Source: Octopus sinensis
Lineage: Eukaryota
DNA length: 64,000 nt
Direction of reading: 5' to 3'
NCBI RefSeq assembly: GCF_006345805.1
Contig: NC_043017.1
Span: 620,001 to 684,000 of the forward strand
This document shows positions 1-13,898 of the stretch, piece after piece. The stretch's first letter is position 1. The number at the start of each line of letters is the position of its first letter. Under the pieces are notes generated by a model, which had not been told where the DNA came from, searched no databases, and saw nothing but the letters and a program-made list of their open reading frames with translations. Position numbers and translations under genes: made by a program.

Positions 1-1
1 T

Positions 2-455
2 TAATCAAGCTGACTTCGAATGTGAAGAGATGACAACAGGTGGTTTCACACTGGCTGCTGAATCATCGGTTTAGCGTATTGCAGGTCGGATTTTGTGTTT
101 ACTGGATGTTGAAAGACTACGAGGTGATGGAATACTACTCTCATATTTTCTAAAATTACTGTTAGTTATCTCTGTGAACATGTTATCCAGGCAAGGTTTC
201 ATACGCTTTGATCTTTCCGTATATAGTTTCTTTTATGTATGATATAAAAATCCAGTAGTTTGTGTTCCGTTTTCAAGTCACATACTTCTAGTCCTTTGAT
301 GAGTACATTAGCTCATCCATCAATATAGTTAAGCTATCAATAGTGAATCATTCGGTGGCATCTTCGTTTTCATCCTCTTTATAATCAATTTTACTGTTGT
401 TTTTATTTTTTTTCTCAGGGTTTAAAACTGTATCTATAATTTCACAGTTAGTATA
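2..455 (-). mobile_element. Decayed pogo/Tigger-like (jerky-type) transposase C-terminal fragment
   Basis: Manual translation across stops and frameshifts gives EIIDTVLNPE..DYKEDENED..TIDSLTILMDEL..LIKGLEVCD..EHKLLDFYIIHKR..LDNMF. This resembles the acidic-linker and helical C-terminus of pogo/Tigger transposases. Recognised by pattern only. Confidence 0.45.
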
Positions 456-532
456 GCAGTATATAACGGGCATTTATAATTCAACATTCATCTAGTGTTA
501 TATATACTGTCACATTCACACAGACACACACA

Positions 533-570
<38 letters not shown>

Positions 571-807
571 ACAAAAACACACACACTCACAGGCACACAC
601 GCAAGTAAAAACACATACAAACATACATACGCTCACAAACTTTGTTACGGCAGCTGTAATACTGTGCGCAGTATTATGGCTGCCACATACACCTGTGACA
701 GGAAATATTTTAACGGGGGATTTTCGTAAACATCTGAGCCTAAGTTATAAAAGATTCAAAGTCTTTGGCGATAGAAATACATCCATTCTTTCTCTCCTCT
801 AGGCTGT

Positions 808-808
<1 letters not shown>

Positions 809-906
<98 letters not shown>

Positions 907-940
907 ATCTATCTATCTATCTATCTATCTATCATCTATC

Positions 941-1016
<76 letters not shown>

Positions 1017-1021
1017 GTGTG

Positions 1022-1106
<85 letters not shown>

Positions 1107-1125
1107 ATATATATATATCTCTCTC

Positions 1126-1165
<40 letters not shown>
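809..1165. repeat. (TATC)n microsatellite
   Basis: Direct reading; source of the YLSI ORF. Confidence 0.97.
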
Positions 1166-1361
1166 CCTTTCTGTATCCTGTGAGTCGATTCATTAACAAT
1201 CTAATCAGAAAAAAGCAAACTCAAGTCATGTCCTCGACAGATACTGTGGATGTTCAGAAATAGAAACGCATATATGCAAATGGAATTTCTTTTACTAAAA
1301 AACTACAAAAGAAGATAAACAGATTACATACAAAACTACAACTGAATGTTGTTATCGGAGC

Positions 1362-1930
<569 letters not shown>

Positions 1931-3767
1931 TATGTTTGACTTTTGCTTTATGTCTGTTCAAGTTGGCTCCAAGTCTCACCCAGAGACCTCAAGAGACAAC
2001 AGGTTGGAAGTTCACGTTGTTGTTATGCCTAATGTGCCATATATTTGGGGTTTTTTGGTGTTGTACTAGTGAATGTCTAATACATAAAAAAAGGTTTGTT
2101 TTAAACCCTGGGATTACATAGAGAGAATTTTGCGTAGGATATGAGCAGTTCCCATGAGCACTATCTTTTGAATTTCTGCCATTTTGGGGTTTCCTGGTAT
2201 CTGAGTTAGGTAGCAATCAGTCCCTTTCGCTATCCTTCCCAGGGCACCTATGACATTGTATTGTTTTAGTCTTCAGCTTCCACATTTTGCTGATTTCTAT
2301 TTCAAGATCTTTATATTTGCTCAGTTTTTGGTAGGTCTTGACAGATACGTTTATATCGATTGGGACAGTCATATCAATGAGGAGGCATGTTCTTTGTCTG
2401 AAGTCTTTCAATATGATGTCTGGCCTATTTGCATCTATCTTTCTGTCAGTTTGAATGGTGAAGTTCCAGAGGAGTGAGATGTGGTCATTTTCAAGCACTG
2501 GATGTGGCTTGTGTTCCCACCAGTTTTTTTCGTGAGGCAAATCCAGGTTTTTGGAAATTTTTGTCCGTCAGGACAGATGTTAGCGTTTTGTACATAGTTG
2601 TTAAGCAGGTTATGGGTCTATAGTTTTTTGGTTCATTTGTTTCTTCACTTTTTGGAAGCAGGAATGTTAACCCATTAACTAGCCAAAGAGGCATCCTACT
2701 AGGGTGTTGCAAAACATCATTGTACAGTTCTGTTAGCAGTTCATGGCTCTCTGGGAAGGCATTCAGCCAGAAGTTAGGATTTTATCCTTTCCTGGAGACT
2801 TCCATTTGCTTGACCTCCTGAGAGCAGATCTTATATCTTCTACCTTGACCCGTCCCACTTTTGCTCTTCTAAGGGGTCCAGTTCTGTAGATATTCTGTCA
2901 ATTCAGGGGGGCTTTTCGTTGTGTGTTTTTTCTTTCTGCCCAAATTTTATTCCAAAATCCCTGCACTTCTTCTTGATGGTACAGACCTTGCAGTAAACGC
3001 TGTTTTTCCTATCTTCCAGTAAAAATTCTTGGGGTTATTTTTGAACATGTTGTTGTCCTTGAAAAATCTAACACGCTTTTCATACCTCGCTATGCGGGCA
3101 GCTTTGGCAGATACCTTTGTTTGATGGTTTCTATGGTGGCATCATATCAAGTATAGTTTTCATATTGCATTTTTTCAGCAAATTTTGGGTTTTTGTAGGT
3201 TTGGTAGTCTTGTGAGCCTTAAGGTTTTTCAAATATTCAATGTCAGACCAAGTAGTTTAATTGTTGTTTGCAGACGCTCTTGCCAAGAAGGCTTTTGTGG
3301 GAAATGTTGCCTTTTCTAATCTTTACACCCCATAGGATCGTTGAGATTTTCGCGGATGCATAGTATAGGTGGTTGAGATTTGTGATATCAACATCATTAG
3401 CTGAAATTATATCCTTAAGTGCAAGCCGGATTTTACCAATTATTTTAATGTTTTGGTTAGAATCGCGGATTTTAGGGAGTGTATCACGTTCATCCATGCT
3501 TTGATTTTTTAGCTCATGTAGTTTTGTTGGGTCAATATTTGTGTGACTTTTTTATCTATTTGATGTTCATCTGTCTTAGTGTTTATGATTGGTTCAGGGA
3601 GTATTTCATTTTGCCTATCACTTATACTAACTCTTTCAATCCGTACTTCGTTTTTATCAGCCCTGGGCTGGTCTATAATTATTTCCTCTGTATTATCTTC
3701 TCTAGCTGCAGCTTCGTTCATTTTATCCGATATTGCTTGTCTAACTTGATCAATCTCTACTTCAGTC
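1931..3767 (-). mobile_element. R4/Dong-clade RLE non-LTR retrotransposon, internally deleted
   Basis: N-terminal region (ERDTLPKI..DITNLNHLYYA) and RT start (FLLPK..PKNYRPITCLTTMYK) are joined near 2550 directly to an RLE domain (LLWNFTIQTDRKIDANRPDIILKD..LIDMTVP..KLSKYKDLEIEI..EIQKIVLMGTAHILRKILSM, stop 2114-2116). (AAT)n lies on both sides. Confidence 0.88.
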
Positions 3768-3775
3768 CATCATCA

Positions 3776-3842
<67 letters not shown>

Positions 3843-3844
3843 CA

Positions 3845-3878
<34 letters not shown>

Positions 3879-3907
3879 CATCATCATTATTATTATTATT
3901 ATTATTA

Positions 3908-3950
<43 letters not shown>

Positions 3951-4027
3951 CATCATCATCATCATTATTATTATTATTATTATTATTATCATCATCATCA
4001 TTATTATTATTATTATTATTATTATCA

Positions 4028-4066
<39 letters not shown>

Positions 4067-4116
4067 TTATTATTATTTTATTATTATATATTAATCATTA
4101 TTGTTATTATCATTTT

Positions 4117-4180
<64 letters not shown>

Positions 4181-4215
4181 ATTATTATTATTATTATTAT
4201 CATTATTATTATTAA
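3768..4215. repeat. (ATT/ATC)n microsatellite
   Basis: Direct reading. Confidence 0.96.
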
Positions 4216-4377
4216 TAATGCTACATACGTTCATGCTAATTTAGTTAACAGTTTATTTTATTTTCGAGGCAGCAAATCTCTTCAAAGGTCAACAACTATC
4301 CACAGGATCCTTGCAGAAAGATTTTGCTCAAAAACAACGAAACACCCAGTCAGGGAATCAAGACCACAATCTAACAA

Positions 4378-4429
<52 letters not shown>

Positions 4430-4582
4430 CACATTTATAGCTAATGTATCCAGAGAATGTATATGTAGTTACAAGGAAGTAATGGAAGTAATAAATATTA
4501 GATTCACAAGCCACATAAAATAGAAATTGACATGCGACATATGATATCATATATATATATATGTATATATATATATAATATA

Positions 4583-4635
<53 letters not shown>

Positions 4636-5106
4636 CTATAGGTATTATTTATATCTATATTTATGATACGTATTTATGCATGTATGTATTTGTGTACGGG
4701 CGTGCGTGTGTATGTATATATGTATATCTGTGTGCCTAAATGACTGCGTGTGTATTGAGCACAGAGAATAATTTTATGTGGCAGACAAAATTGGAGAGGG
4801 TGAATAAAGATTGATGATGAAAAAGTCGCTAAACGAAATTTGACAAATATGATTTCACCATCAATCACCGACGACAATATATCAAGGTAGACCTCGTTTC
4901 ATCCATTTATACGTAGGTATGTATGCATGTATGTATGTATATAAATATATTTGCATGTATATATATATATATACATGAATTTATACATATATGTATCTAT
5001 ATATATAATTATATATATATATACATATTTGCACACATACACATATATATGTATATATATACATACACACATACATACATATATATATATATCTATATAA
5101 TATATA

Positions 5107-5150
<44 letters not shown>

Positions 5151-5268
5151 TAAAAGGATTTCCGACCTTGTCTGATTTTCATGTTTATTTACAATCTTAA
5201 AAAGATATAATATAAGATAATACAATAGAATAAAATAAAATAGTAGAATGTTAAATGTTCATTCTGAT

Positions 5269-5313
5269 TGAACTAGTACTTTCATGCATTAAATTATGCA
5301 ATCTTCAGGTTCA
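5269..5313 (-). ncRNA. Minimal type I hammerhead ribozyme in the PLE pLTR
   Basis: Minus strand UGAAC-CUGAAGA-U-UGCAU-aauuua-AUGCA-U-GAAA-G-ua-C-UA-GUUCA. Stem I is 5 bp, stem II is 5 bp with a U.U base mismatch, stem III is the palindrome AGUACU, and the triplet is CUA. Confidence 0.7.
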
Positions 5314-5377
5314 TGTAGTAGTGGTGACAGTCATGCTTCACAATTTTTGACTGTAGCGAGATGGTTAAATCTGTGCC

Positions 5378-5490
5378 TTAAATACACCTGTATGGGCTTC
5401 ACACTGCTATGTTTTGCAAACTGTATTCTGATCAATCAGTGTGTAGTATCACTCAATTACTTAAGCTGATTGGTTGGTTGAGCTGATTGG
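5378..5490 (-). promoter_or_regulatory. Putative Pol II promoter of the PLE pLTR
   Basis: Two AACCAATCAG CCAAT boxes (5466-5475, 5483-5492) and TATTTAA (5378-5384) on the minus strand, about 65 nt upstream of the hammerhead. Confidence 0.45.
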
Positions 5491-6639
5491 TTTAGGCGTC
5501 ACGCTTTGTTGAACATGTCAAGAGTCCCGTATCTTGACCCTGGCCCAGGCAGCACTTGGGCTATTTTTAGAAATGTTGTAAATAGCCTTTGTCAGGGATT
5601 TTTATATTTCAATTGTCATCATCTTCATTGTCAGCACCTTAATTATTGTTGCTAGTGGTGATGGTGGTGGTGGCAATAGACTTTTAACCCTAATAGGATA
5701 ATTTTCCTGCTATCTTCATCTTGATCACCTTTAATATTGTTGTTGTTGTTAGTGGTCATGGTCGTAGCAGTAGAAGTAGTACCTCTAAGTATTATTATTA
5801 TTGCTTATTTAGCTTGGGCTCGAATTTATCAATAAAATTCTTTTCTCTGATTTTCCTCTCGATTTCACTTGGGCTGTGTAATTTGTAGAATGGAAATATT
5901 ATATATTTTCCGACCACATGTTGCTAGGTGGTTACTCAAAGGTATCTGACGGACTTTTGGGTTTCTAATCTGTTGTCGGTGTACACGTGAGCGTTCTGAT
6001 AGTGTATTTCTCGTCTGACCTACATATATTTCTTCACAATTTGGGCATTTGATGCAGTAAATTAAATTTCTGCTTTTGCAGTTCATATTCGCGTTTGTGA
6101 ATATTTTCCCGGTTTTTGTGTTTATATATTGGCCGGTATGTATGAATTGGCATGTGCCACATCATCTATCATTGCATTTAGATACGGTGAATATTTGGTC
6201 TTTGTTGCTAAGGTCAAATTTTGCCTTTGTTAGTAATTTTTTCAAGTTTTTAGGCTGTCTTTTACTAAGAACCATAGCTCGATCCGTGATTATATCTTGT
6301 AATTCATTACTTTGAGCAATGATTGGTAGGTTTGCTTTGGCAATGTTGAAGATATTCTGGTGACATGGGTTGTGTGTCACTATGAATGGTATGACTTGTC
6401 CTTGTTTTCCTCCTCCTTGGGTTGTCCTAAGTTGTTGTATGGGTATTTTCATAGGCCGCTGTATGCCATTTTCTATAAGTAGAGATGTTTTTTTTGTTTG
6501 AGTAAAATATATATATATATATGTATGTATATATACACGCAGACACACACACACACATAAACAACTTGTACACATAATTTGCTTATAGTAATCAAAGGTT
6601 TAAGCTCTAAATTAGCTCATATCCCTCATCAAATAGGCA

Positions 6640-6810
6640 ATGCCAGTGCAGATGCATTAGTGTTCCAAACGGCAGATTAGAAAGTGATTAGAAAACACCG
6701 TCGAAGATGTATTTTGCTCAAGAACACTACGCACCGCCGGGTCGGGGAATCAAGCCAACGGTCTGGCTGTCGCTAGTGCAATATCCTTAACCGCTGGACC
6801 GCGCACCCTC
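6640..6810 (-). mobile_element. tRNA-derived SINE (5' part)
   Basis: A-box-like GGTCCAGCGGTTAAGG, B-box-like GGCTTGATTCCC, then GTGTTCTTGAGCAAAA. Confidence 0.7.
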
Positions 6811-6906
6811 ATGTACACATATGCAGATAGACACATTCATTCATGCACAGACACAGGCACACATACATATGTAAATATGCATACATACATGCATACATGC
6901 ATACAT

Positions 6907-6955
<49 letters not shown>

Positions 6956-7150
6956 TATATATATAACATATATATATATATACAATTTCGCCATGATAGA
7001 TACATACATATATACATACAAACATACAAATATATATATATGTATATGTATGTATATATAATATATATATATATATATATAGATATATGTATGTATGTAT
7101 GTATGTATGTATTATGTATGTATGAACGTATGTATACAATTTCGCCATGA

Positions 7151-7318
7151 TAGATCGCTAGCCACTAAACCCTTTTCTATTTTCTCTCCCTGTTTATTTC
7201 TGCGTTCCTTTCTGTTGAAGAGCGTAAAATACTTTCTCACTTCCCGAACATTAAACTAATACATCTGTTCGTTGCATACACACCCGTCTTCGTCTTTTGC
7301 TCTTTTATAAATTCTCAC
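7151..7318 (+). mobile_element. (TA)n-embedded PLE-type pLTR remnant with collapsed hammerhead-like core
   Basis: Non-repetitive island between microsatellites containing CTTT-CTGTTGA-AGAG-CGTA-AAA. The assignment is inference. Confidence 0.35.
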
Positions 7319-7623
7319 TATATATATATATATATATATATACATCTAATGTAGGATAAAATTTTTTCGAAAAAATTTTTTTTTATCAACGTCTAGAGTA
7401 TTAAAAAATACCTTCAAAGGTTAAATTTATATATATATATAGATACATAAACAGATAAGCATACACACGTACACGTGAATGAAACTGCGTATGTGGAAAA
7501 AGACACGCGCTTTATTTCTACATATGATACTTACATATAAATACATACATGCATATATGCATACATACGTAAATGCACTACGACTAATACAGTTATACTA
7601 CTAGTACTTGTATTAATACAAAA

Positions 7624-7680
7624 ACAACAACAATGATGATGATGATGATGATTATAATAATAATAGTAATAATAATGATA

Positions 7681-7764
<84 letters not shown>
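7624..7764. repeat. (AAT/GAT)n microsatellite
   Basis: Direct reading. Confidence 0.95.
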
Positions 7765-8738
7765 TATATGTTTACTTAATGTGCAGGATTCAGTGTATGA
7801 CCTAAATACTTTTCAAATCACATGAGGCGAAGATGTATGTACACACATGCATATATACATACGCACATACATAAACATAAGTGAATATACATATGTATAA
7901 AGACATACATATATATATACACTTGTATATATGTATTATATACATACATATATATAATATATATATTATATATATATTATATATATACCATATATATACA
8001 TATATATATATGTATATATATCCATTACATATATATATATACAGATATATATATATGTGTATATAATATATATAGAGAGAGAGAGATATATATACTAGTT
8101 ACGTATTTTGCTTCTATATGCATGTATGTTTACAGAAAAAGATATATACCGATATCTATTCACGCAGATTTATCTATATGTTTATATATATATATATATA
8201 TATATATACATAATTTATTCATGTGTATAAATGTGTGTATATATATATATATGTATATATGTTTGCTTATATATATGTATATCTGTATATATATAGATGC
8301 ATATACATATGTATTTATTATTCACTATACAAATATATGCATTTATATATATATGTAGATATATATTTATGCATATATATATATATGTACATATATAAAT
8401 ATGTGTGTGTGTGTGTGTACGTATTGCACATGTTTATGTACTTTTTTTCTTACGTTAAAAAATGTCTAAATATCTTTAATGTCAGTCGGAAATGAATAGG
8501 ATACTTTATCAAAGAAACATATTTATATTCTATGAAAGAAAGACCACAACAGAACACTCGCTACGACAGCAACAGCAGCAACCGCGGCATCAACGAAAAC
8601 AGCACCAAGAACAACATCAGCATCACCACTAAAAAACAACAACAACAGAAATTGAAACAACAACTCCGACAATGCTCAACTCAAGTACACAGCTATTCTT
8701 CACACACACACACACACACACACACGCACGCACACACG

Positions 8739-8789
<51 letters not shown>

Positions 8790-8804
8790 CATATATATAT
8801 ATGA

Positions 8805-9981
8805 AGTTTAAAAGCTCTACTTCTCCATAATGGTAATTTGAAGCCCTCCATTCCTATTGTACACTCCGTTCATATTCATGAATCATATGAGAATATGGAA
8901 CATTTACTTCATGTCATTGCCCATGAAAGATAGTCATGGAAAATATGTGGAGATTTAAAAGTCATTGGAATATTAATGGGAATGCAGTCAGGTTCCACAA
9001 AATACTGTTGTTTCTTGTGTCTATGGGATAGTCGGGCAAACTGACAGACATTATTGGGAATCAACTGGCAGACAAGAACATCATACCTGCCAAGACTGTC
9101 TACCGTCAAGAATACATCTTGTGCATATCCATGTAATGTCCTACTACCTCCTTTGCACATAAAGCTTGAACTGATGAAACAGTTTGTAAAGACACTAAGG
9201 AAGAGAAATGCCAGAGGATTTGGGTATATTGTAGAAAAGTTTCCCGAAATCACACAGGCGAAGTTGAAAGAGGGTGTCTTTGTCGGAGCCCAAATTAGAG
9301 AAGTCCTCAAAGATGTCAACTTCAGGACAACACTGCATGAACAGAAACTGCCTGCTTGGAATGCCTGCAATTGGATTTGTGAGAATTTCTTGGACAGCAG
9401 GCAATGGATTACAAAGATGGCATTAAGAATCTTCTGAAATGTTATTCAGCAATGGGTTGTCGTATGTCGCTGAAAGTTCACTTCTTGGAAGAAACCCATG
9501 CAAATTTGTTCGCAGACAACCTTGGAGTAATGTCTGATGAACAGGGTGAAAGATTTCATCAGGACATTAGTGCTATGGAGAGACGGTACCAAGGCTTTTG
9601 GAATGACAGTATGCTAGCTGACTACTGCTTGACACTTTACCGTGATCAACAAGATCGGGAACATTTCAGGAAATCCAAATCACAATGTTTCTAACTTTGT
9701 TTTGTCCGACCCATTCTTTGTGTATTCACTCTTTGTAGAATGAAAGTGATGATTTTTAACTCAATAAACTCATTTACTTTCTAAAAATAATATGTCCTTA
9801 TTTATTACGTTAATGATTTCATATAGATACAAATATGTAAATATTTGCATGCGTCTACTGAAAAACTGATACGTGCTGCATACAAATGGTGTGAAATTTT
9901 GAAATCAACCTGAGAAATTGGTCTAAAAATGTTTGTTTGCATTCATAATGAGTATAATACATTAAGTTTTGTTGACCAGTG
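8805..9981 (+). mobile_element. Chapaev3-like (CMC superfamily) DNA transposon, 5'-truncated, pseudogenised
   Basis: SLKALLLHNGN..PSIP..ESYENM..WKICGDLKVI..Q.G.TKYCCFLCLWDSRA, LLPPLHIKL.LMKQFVK, AKLKEGVFVGAQIRE, MSLKVHFL, SDEQGERFHQDI..MERRYQG, MLADYC. The right terminus TTTTGTTGACCAGTG is followed by TAA. Confidence 0.8.
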
Positions 9982-9983
9982 TA

Positions 9984-10145
9984 ATATGCAAAACTTTTCT
10001 CAATTTCAAGTGTTGACATATGTTTATTTTCTGCATTTCGATGACCTTTCATAAAAAGCAGTTCCTTCCTTACAGAAATATTTGAAATAATAAAAAAAAC
10101 AGAAGAGGACCTATATAGATAGATAGATAGATAGATGGATAGATG

Positions 10146-10184
<39 letters not shown>

Positions 10185-10209
10185 GGATAGATGGATAGAT
10201 AGATAGATG

Positions 10210-10240
<31 letters not shown>

Positions 10241-10965
10241 GGATAGATAGAATGATAGCCAGATACATTGATAAACAGATGCATAATACATACATATATA
10301 CATACATACATACATACATACATACATGAAACACACCCATACGTATGATTTTGGTAATTTCTTCTCATAAAAAGAAACCAACCAGCTAACTGGCGCATTG
10401 CAAATGTAATTTGTAAGAGGAACGCTAAAAATATGCAAAACTGTTCCGAATTCAAAATGCGTTGTGTTTTCTGCATTTCAATGATCTTTCTTAGAAAGTA
10501 GTTCCTTCCTTGCAAAAAGATTCTGAAATAATAGAAACGAAAGAGGACCTAAATAGTTAGATAGATAGACAGGGAGATTGATAGCTAGTTAGATAGAGAG
10601 ATGCATATATACATATATACGTACGCACATACATACATAGAAATACATACATACATACATACATACAAACATACATACGTACGTACATACATACATACAT
10701 ACATACATACATACATACATACACACATATATACACACATACATACATACATACATACATACATACATACATACACACATACATACACACATACATACAT
10801 ACATACATACACACATACACACATACATACATACACACATACATACACACATACATACATACGTACATACATACATACACACATACACACATACATACAT
10901 ACATACATACATACATACATACGTACGTACATACATACATACATACGTACATACATACATACATA
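9984..10965 (+). repeat. Two-unit tandem duplication: about 110-bp unique head + (ATAG)n + (ATAC)n
   Basis: ATATGCAAAACT..GCAGTTCCTTCCTT..GAGGACCTA at about 9984-10112 and 10431-10552, each followed by ATAG then ATAC arrays. Confidence 0.75.
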
Positions 10966-11832
10966 TATATGAGCATAAATATATACACGCAAAGATGCTG
11001 TGGAAATCTTTTAAATAATTTGAGTAATGAAAAAGCTAGAGCCTATGAATTCCAAGATTCTCGGTGGAAACCAATTTATTTCACTAATGTAGTTAATAAA
11101 ACCGAAGATTCTAAGAACGCTACCCTATCTCATTTGACCAATCCTTCGAGGACTTATATAGCGCTCTATAATTCGCACCGAAGAAGTCGTACAAGAGAGA
11201 AAAACCAAAAGATTTAAAAAGAAAAATTATTTAACAATTTAAAAAAATATCAACAAGTAAAACGAGCAAATTATACCGAATGAAAAACCAGTTTGAAAAA
11301 TAAAATATAATGAAACGAAGTAATATAAAATGAAATAAATAACTCTGTCGTTACACAATTTTTAATTTAAATTAAAATTAAATTTGATATGAAATATGAA
11401 TTTTTTTTAATGATTTTTTTTCCCCAAATTTCATTATTTCGGAAATGAAATATTAAGTAAAAGATCGTACACACTCCCGCACATATATGCCTTCACGTTC
11501 ACACATGGAGGTATATGCAGACACATATATATACACACGCTCATGCGCTTATAGTAGCTTATGAAGGTATGCATTCATACAGGTACATATGCACACATAC
11601 GTCTACGGATCTCTGTATATACATTGGTATAGATCCGAACACACGAGATAGAAAGACAAATATGAACACTCACACACGCGCACATACACACACATCATTA
11701 GTATATAATGATCTATAACATATAACATATATATATATATACATATATCACACATACATGCACACATACATACACACACATATATACATAAATATACATA
11801 TACATATAGATGTATATATACAATTGTAAATA

Positions 11833-11869
<37 letters not shown>

Positions 11870-12435
11870 CATACATATACGTATATACATATACACATGT
11901 ATGTATATATATATATATATGGTAGTCCTTGTAAACGTGTGTGTGTATATATGTGTATGTATGTATATTATATAAATAAATTTATATATAAACATAAATA
12001 TATGTATACACACATACATCTTCATACGTACACACAAACATGTTTTTGCAGACAGTGAAACACACACACACCGATACACATATGCAGACTATGATATCCA
12101 CACACTGCAGATACATGCTTAAAACACTGTACACACAGACGCGTGCACACACACGCGCGCGCACACACACGCCTAGATGTATGTAATTAGAACAGATACG
12201 AACAGACCCATATAAAGACTCACCAAAGCAACATCGCATTACATTTCGTTTGAGGAAATTAAAGTAAAAAACAGAAGCTTATATAAGAGGTTCACATTGA
12301 AATTTCATGTTTATTGTGGAATGAAAAGAAAAAAGATGGAAACGAAGGAAAGGAAAGAAGTCTGCTAAGTGTGTGAACGTGTGTAATGGCTGTGTATGTA
12401 TGTGGGTATGCATATATGCATATATATATACATAC

Positions 12436-12511
<76 letters not shown>

Positions 12512-12514
12512 ATA

Positions 12515-12548
<34 letters not shown>

Positions 12549-12565
12549 CATATATATACATATAT

Positions 12566-12599
<34 letters not shown>

Positions 12600-12786
12600 T
12601 GCATATATATATATACAATTATGTGTGTATGTATATACGCGAACGTCTGTACAGAGAAGATAGAGTAAGGGAAATAAACGGAGAGAGAGAAAGAAAGAGA
12701 GGGAGAGGGATTGGAGTGGATAGCTTGGGGAAGAGAGAAAGAAGAGGAATATTTATATATATGTAATATATATATCTATTATATAT

Positions 12787-12830
<44 letters not shown>

Positions 12831-13269
12831 GTATATAAATATATATATGTAGAATATACGTATATAAAATACATGTATATTTGCATTAGTGTTTATTGAT
12901 ATATGTGTGTGTGTGTATGCGTCCAAATATATTCAGTGAGGGTTATATATTTGTGCGTGTGCATTTGAGTGTGTACGTATGTGTTTATACAATTATGCAT
13001 ACGCTCGTGCGTATATTTTTTTTCATGTATGTATAAGAAGCAGAAACAAAAGAAAGGAAGATTTAAAATTATATTGTAATGAAGAACCATCGACATTGTT
13101 TTTATAAACCATGAGACAAAATGAAAAAAATTCAAATCAGACAATCATCACTTGAAAACTAAATATATTCTCCTCAGCTTTTCACTTGAGAAGATTAAGC
13201 GGAAAAATGAGGATATATATATATATATATATACGTATTTCTGTGTGTGTTTCTGTGTCTGTGTATGCT

Positions 13270-13420
13270 TGTATATAAGTGTTGGGTTTTACTTGGAGCT
13301 ATAATGAAAACTTACAGCTTAAACATTAAACTGAGGGATCATTCAACAGCACTTGCGGAGTTGTATTTATTATTCTTTTACAATTTCGATGAAGGTTAGC
13401 AGGCCGAAACGTCGTAGTCA
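13270..13420 (+). mobile_element. Probable PLE pLTR remnant (TATA + degenerate hammerhead)
   Basis: TATATAAG at about 13272. TCGATGA-AGG..CC-GAAAC-GTC at 13386-13413. Confidence 0.35.
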
Positions 13421-13860
13421 CGGATTATATGTATGTATGTATGTATGTATGAGTAAGTTTTAAGTTGATGCATAAACAACCAGCTCTGAATGTGCAGCAC
13501 TTGAGAGAAGAAACATCTGTTACCCAGTTGATTACGTAGTTCTTGTTCTCTTCTCATTCATTTAATCTAAAACATACACACAAAAACAGATATTTATATA
13601 GAAATACACACACACACACACATATATATATATATGTATGTACACACACTCACATTCAGATATACATATATACATGCATACATACACACAAGTAGATACA
13701 AACACACAAGAACACAAGTACATACACACACACATATAATATCAACAGAAGCTGTATTAATACCGGTAGTTACTATTTATTCTCATATAGGGGTGTATGT
13801 TTTGTGAAAGCAAAATATTACGTTATTTACCATGAGAACATCTCATATTGTATGTTCTCT

Positions 13861-13898
<38 letters not shown>

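Larger units (their letters stand above)
5147..6480 (-). mobile_element. 5'-truncated Penelope-like element (thumb + GIY-YIG + 3' pLTR region)
   Basis: ORF 6162-6575 has PFIVTHNP..SKRQPKNLKKLL. ORF 5865-6086 has the GIY-YIG NLIYCIKCPNCEEIYVGQT..R..H. After a frameshift comes REKNFIDKFEPKLN. The element carries a hammerhead and is flanked by (TA)n on both sides. Confidence 0.88.

Noticed and set aside
9534-9560. CTGATGA..GAAA hammerhead-like match
   Set aside because: Lies in transposase codons (SDEQGERF) and has no stem II.
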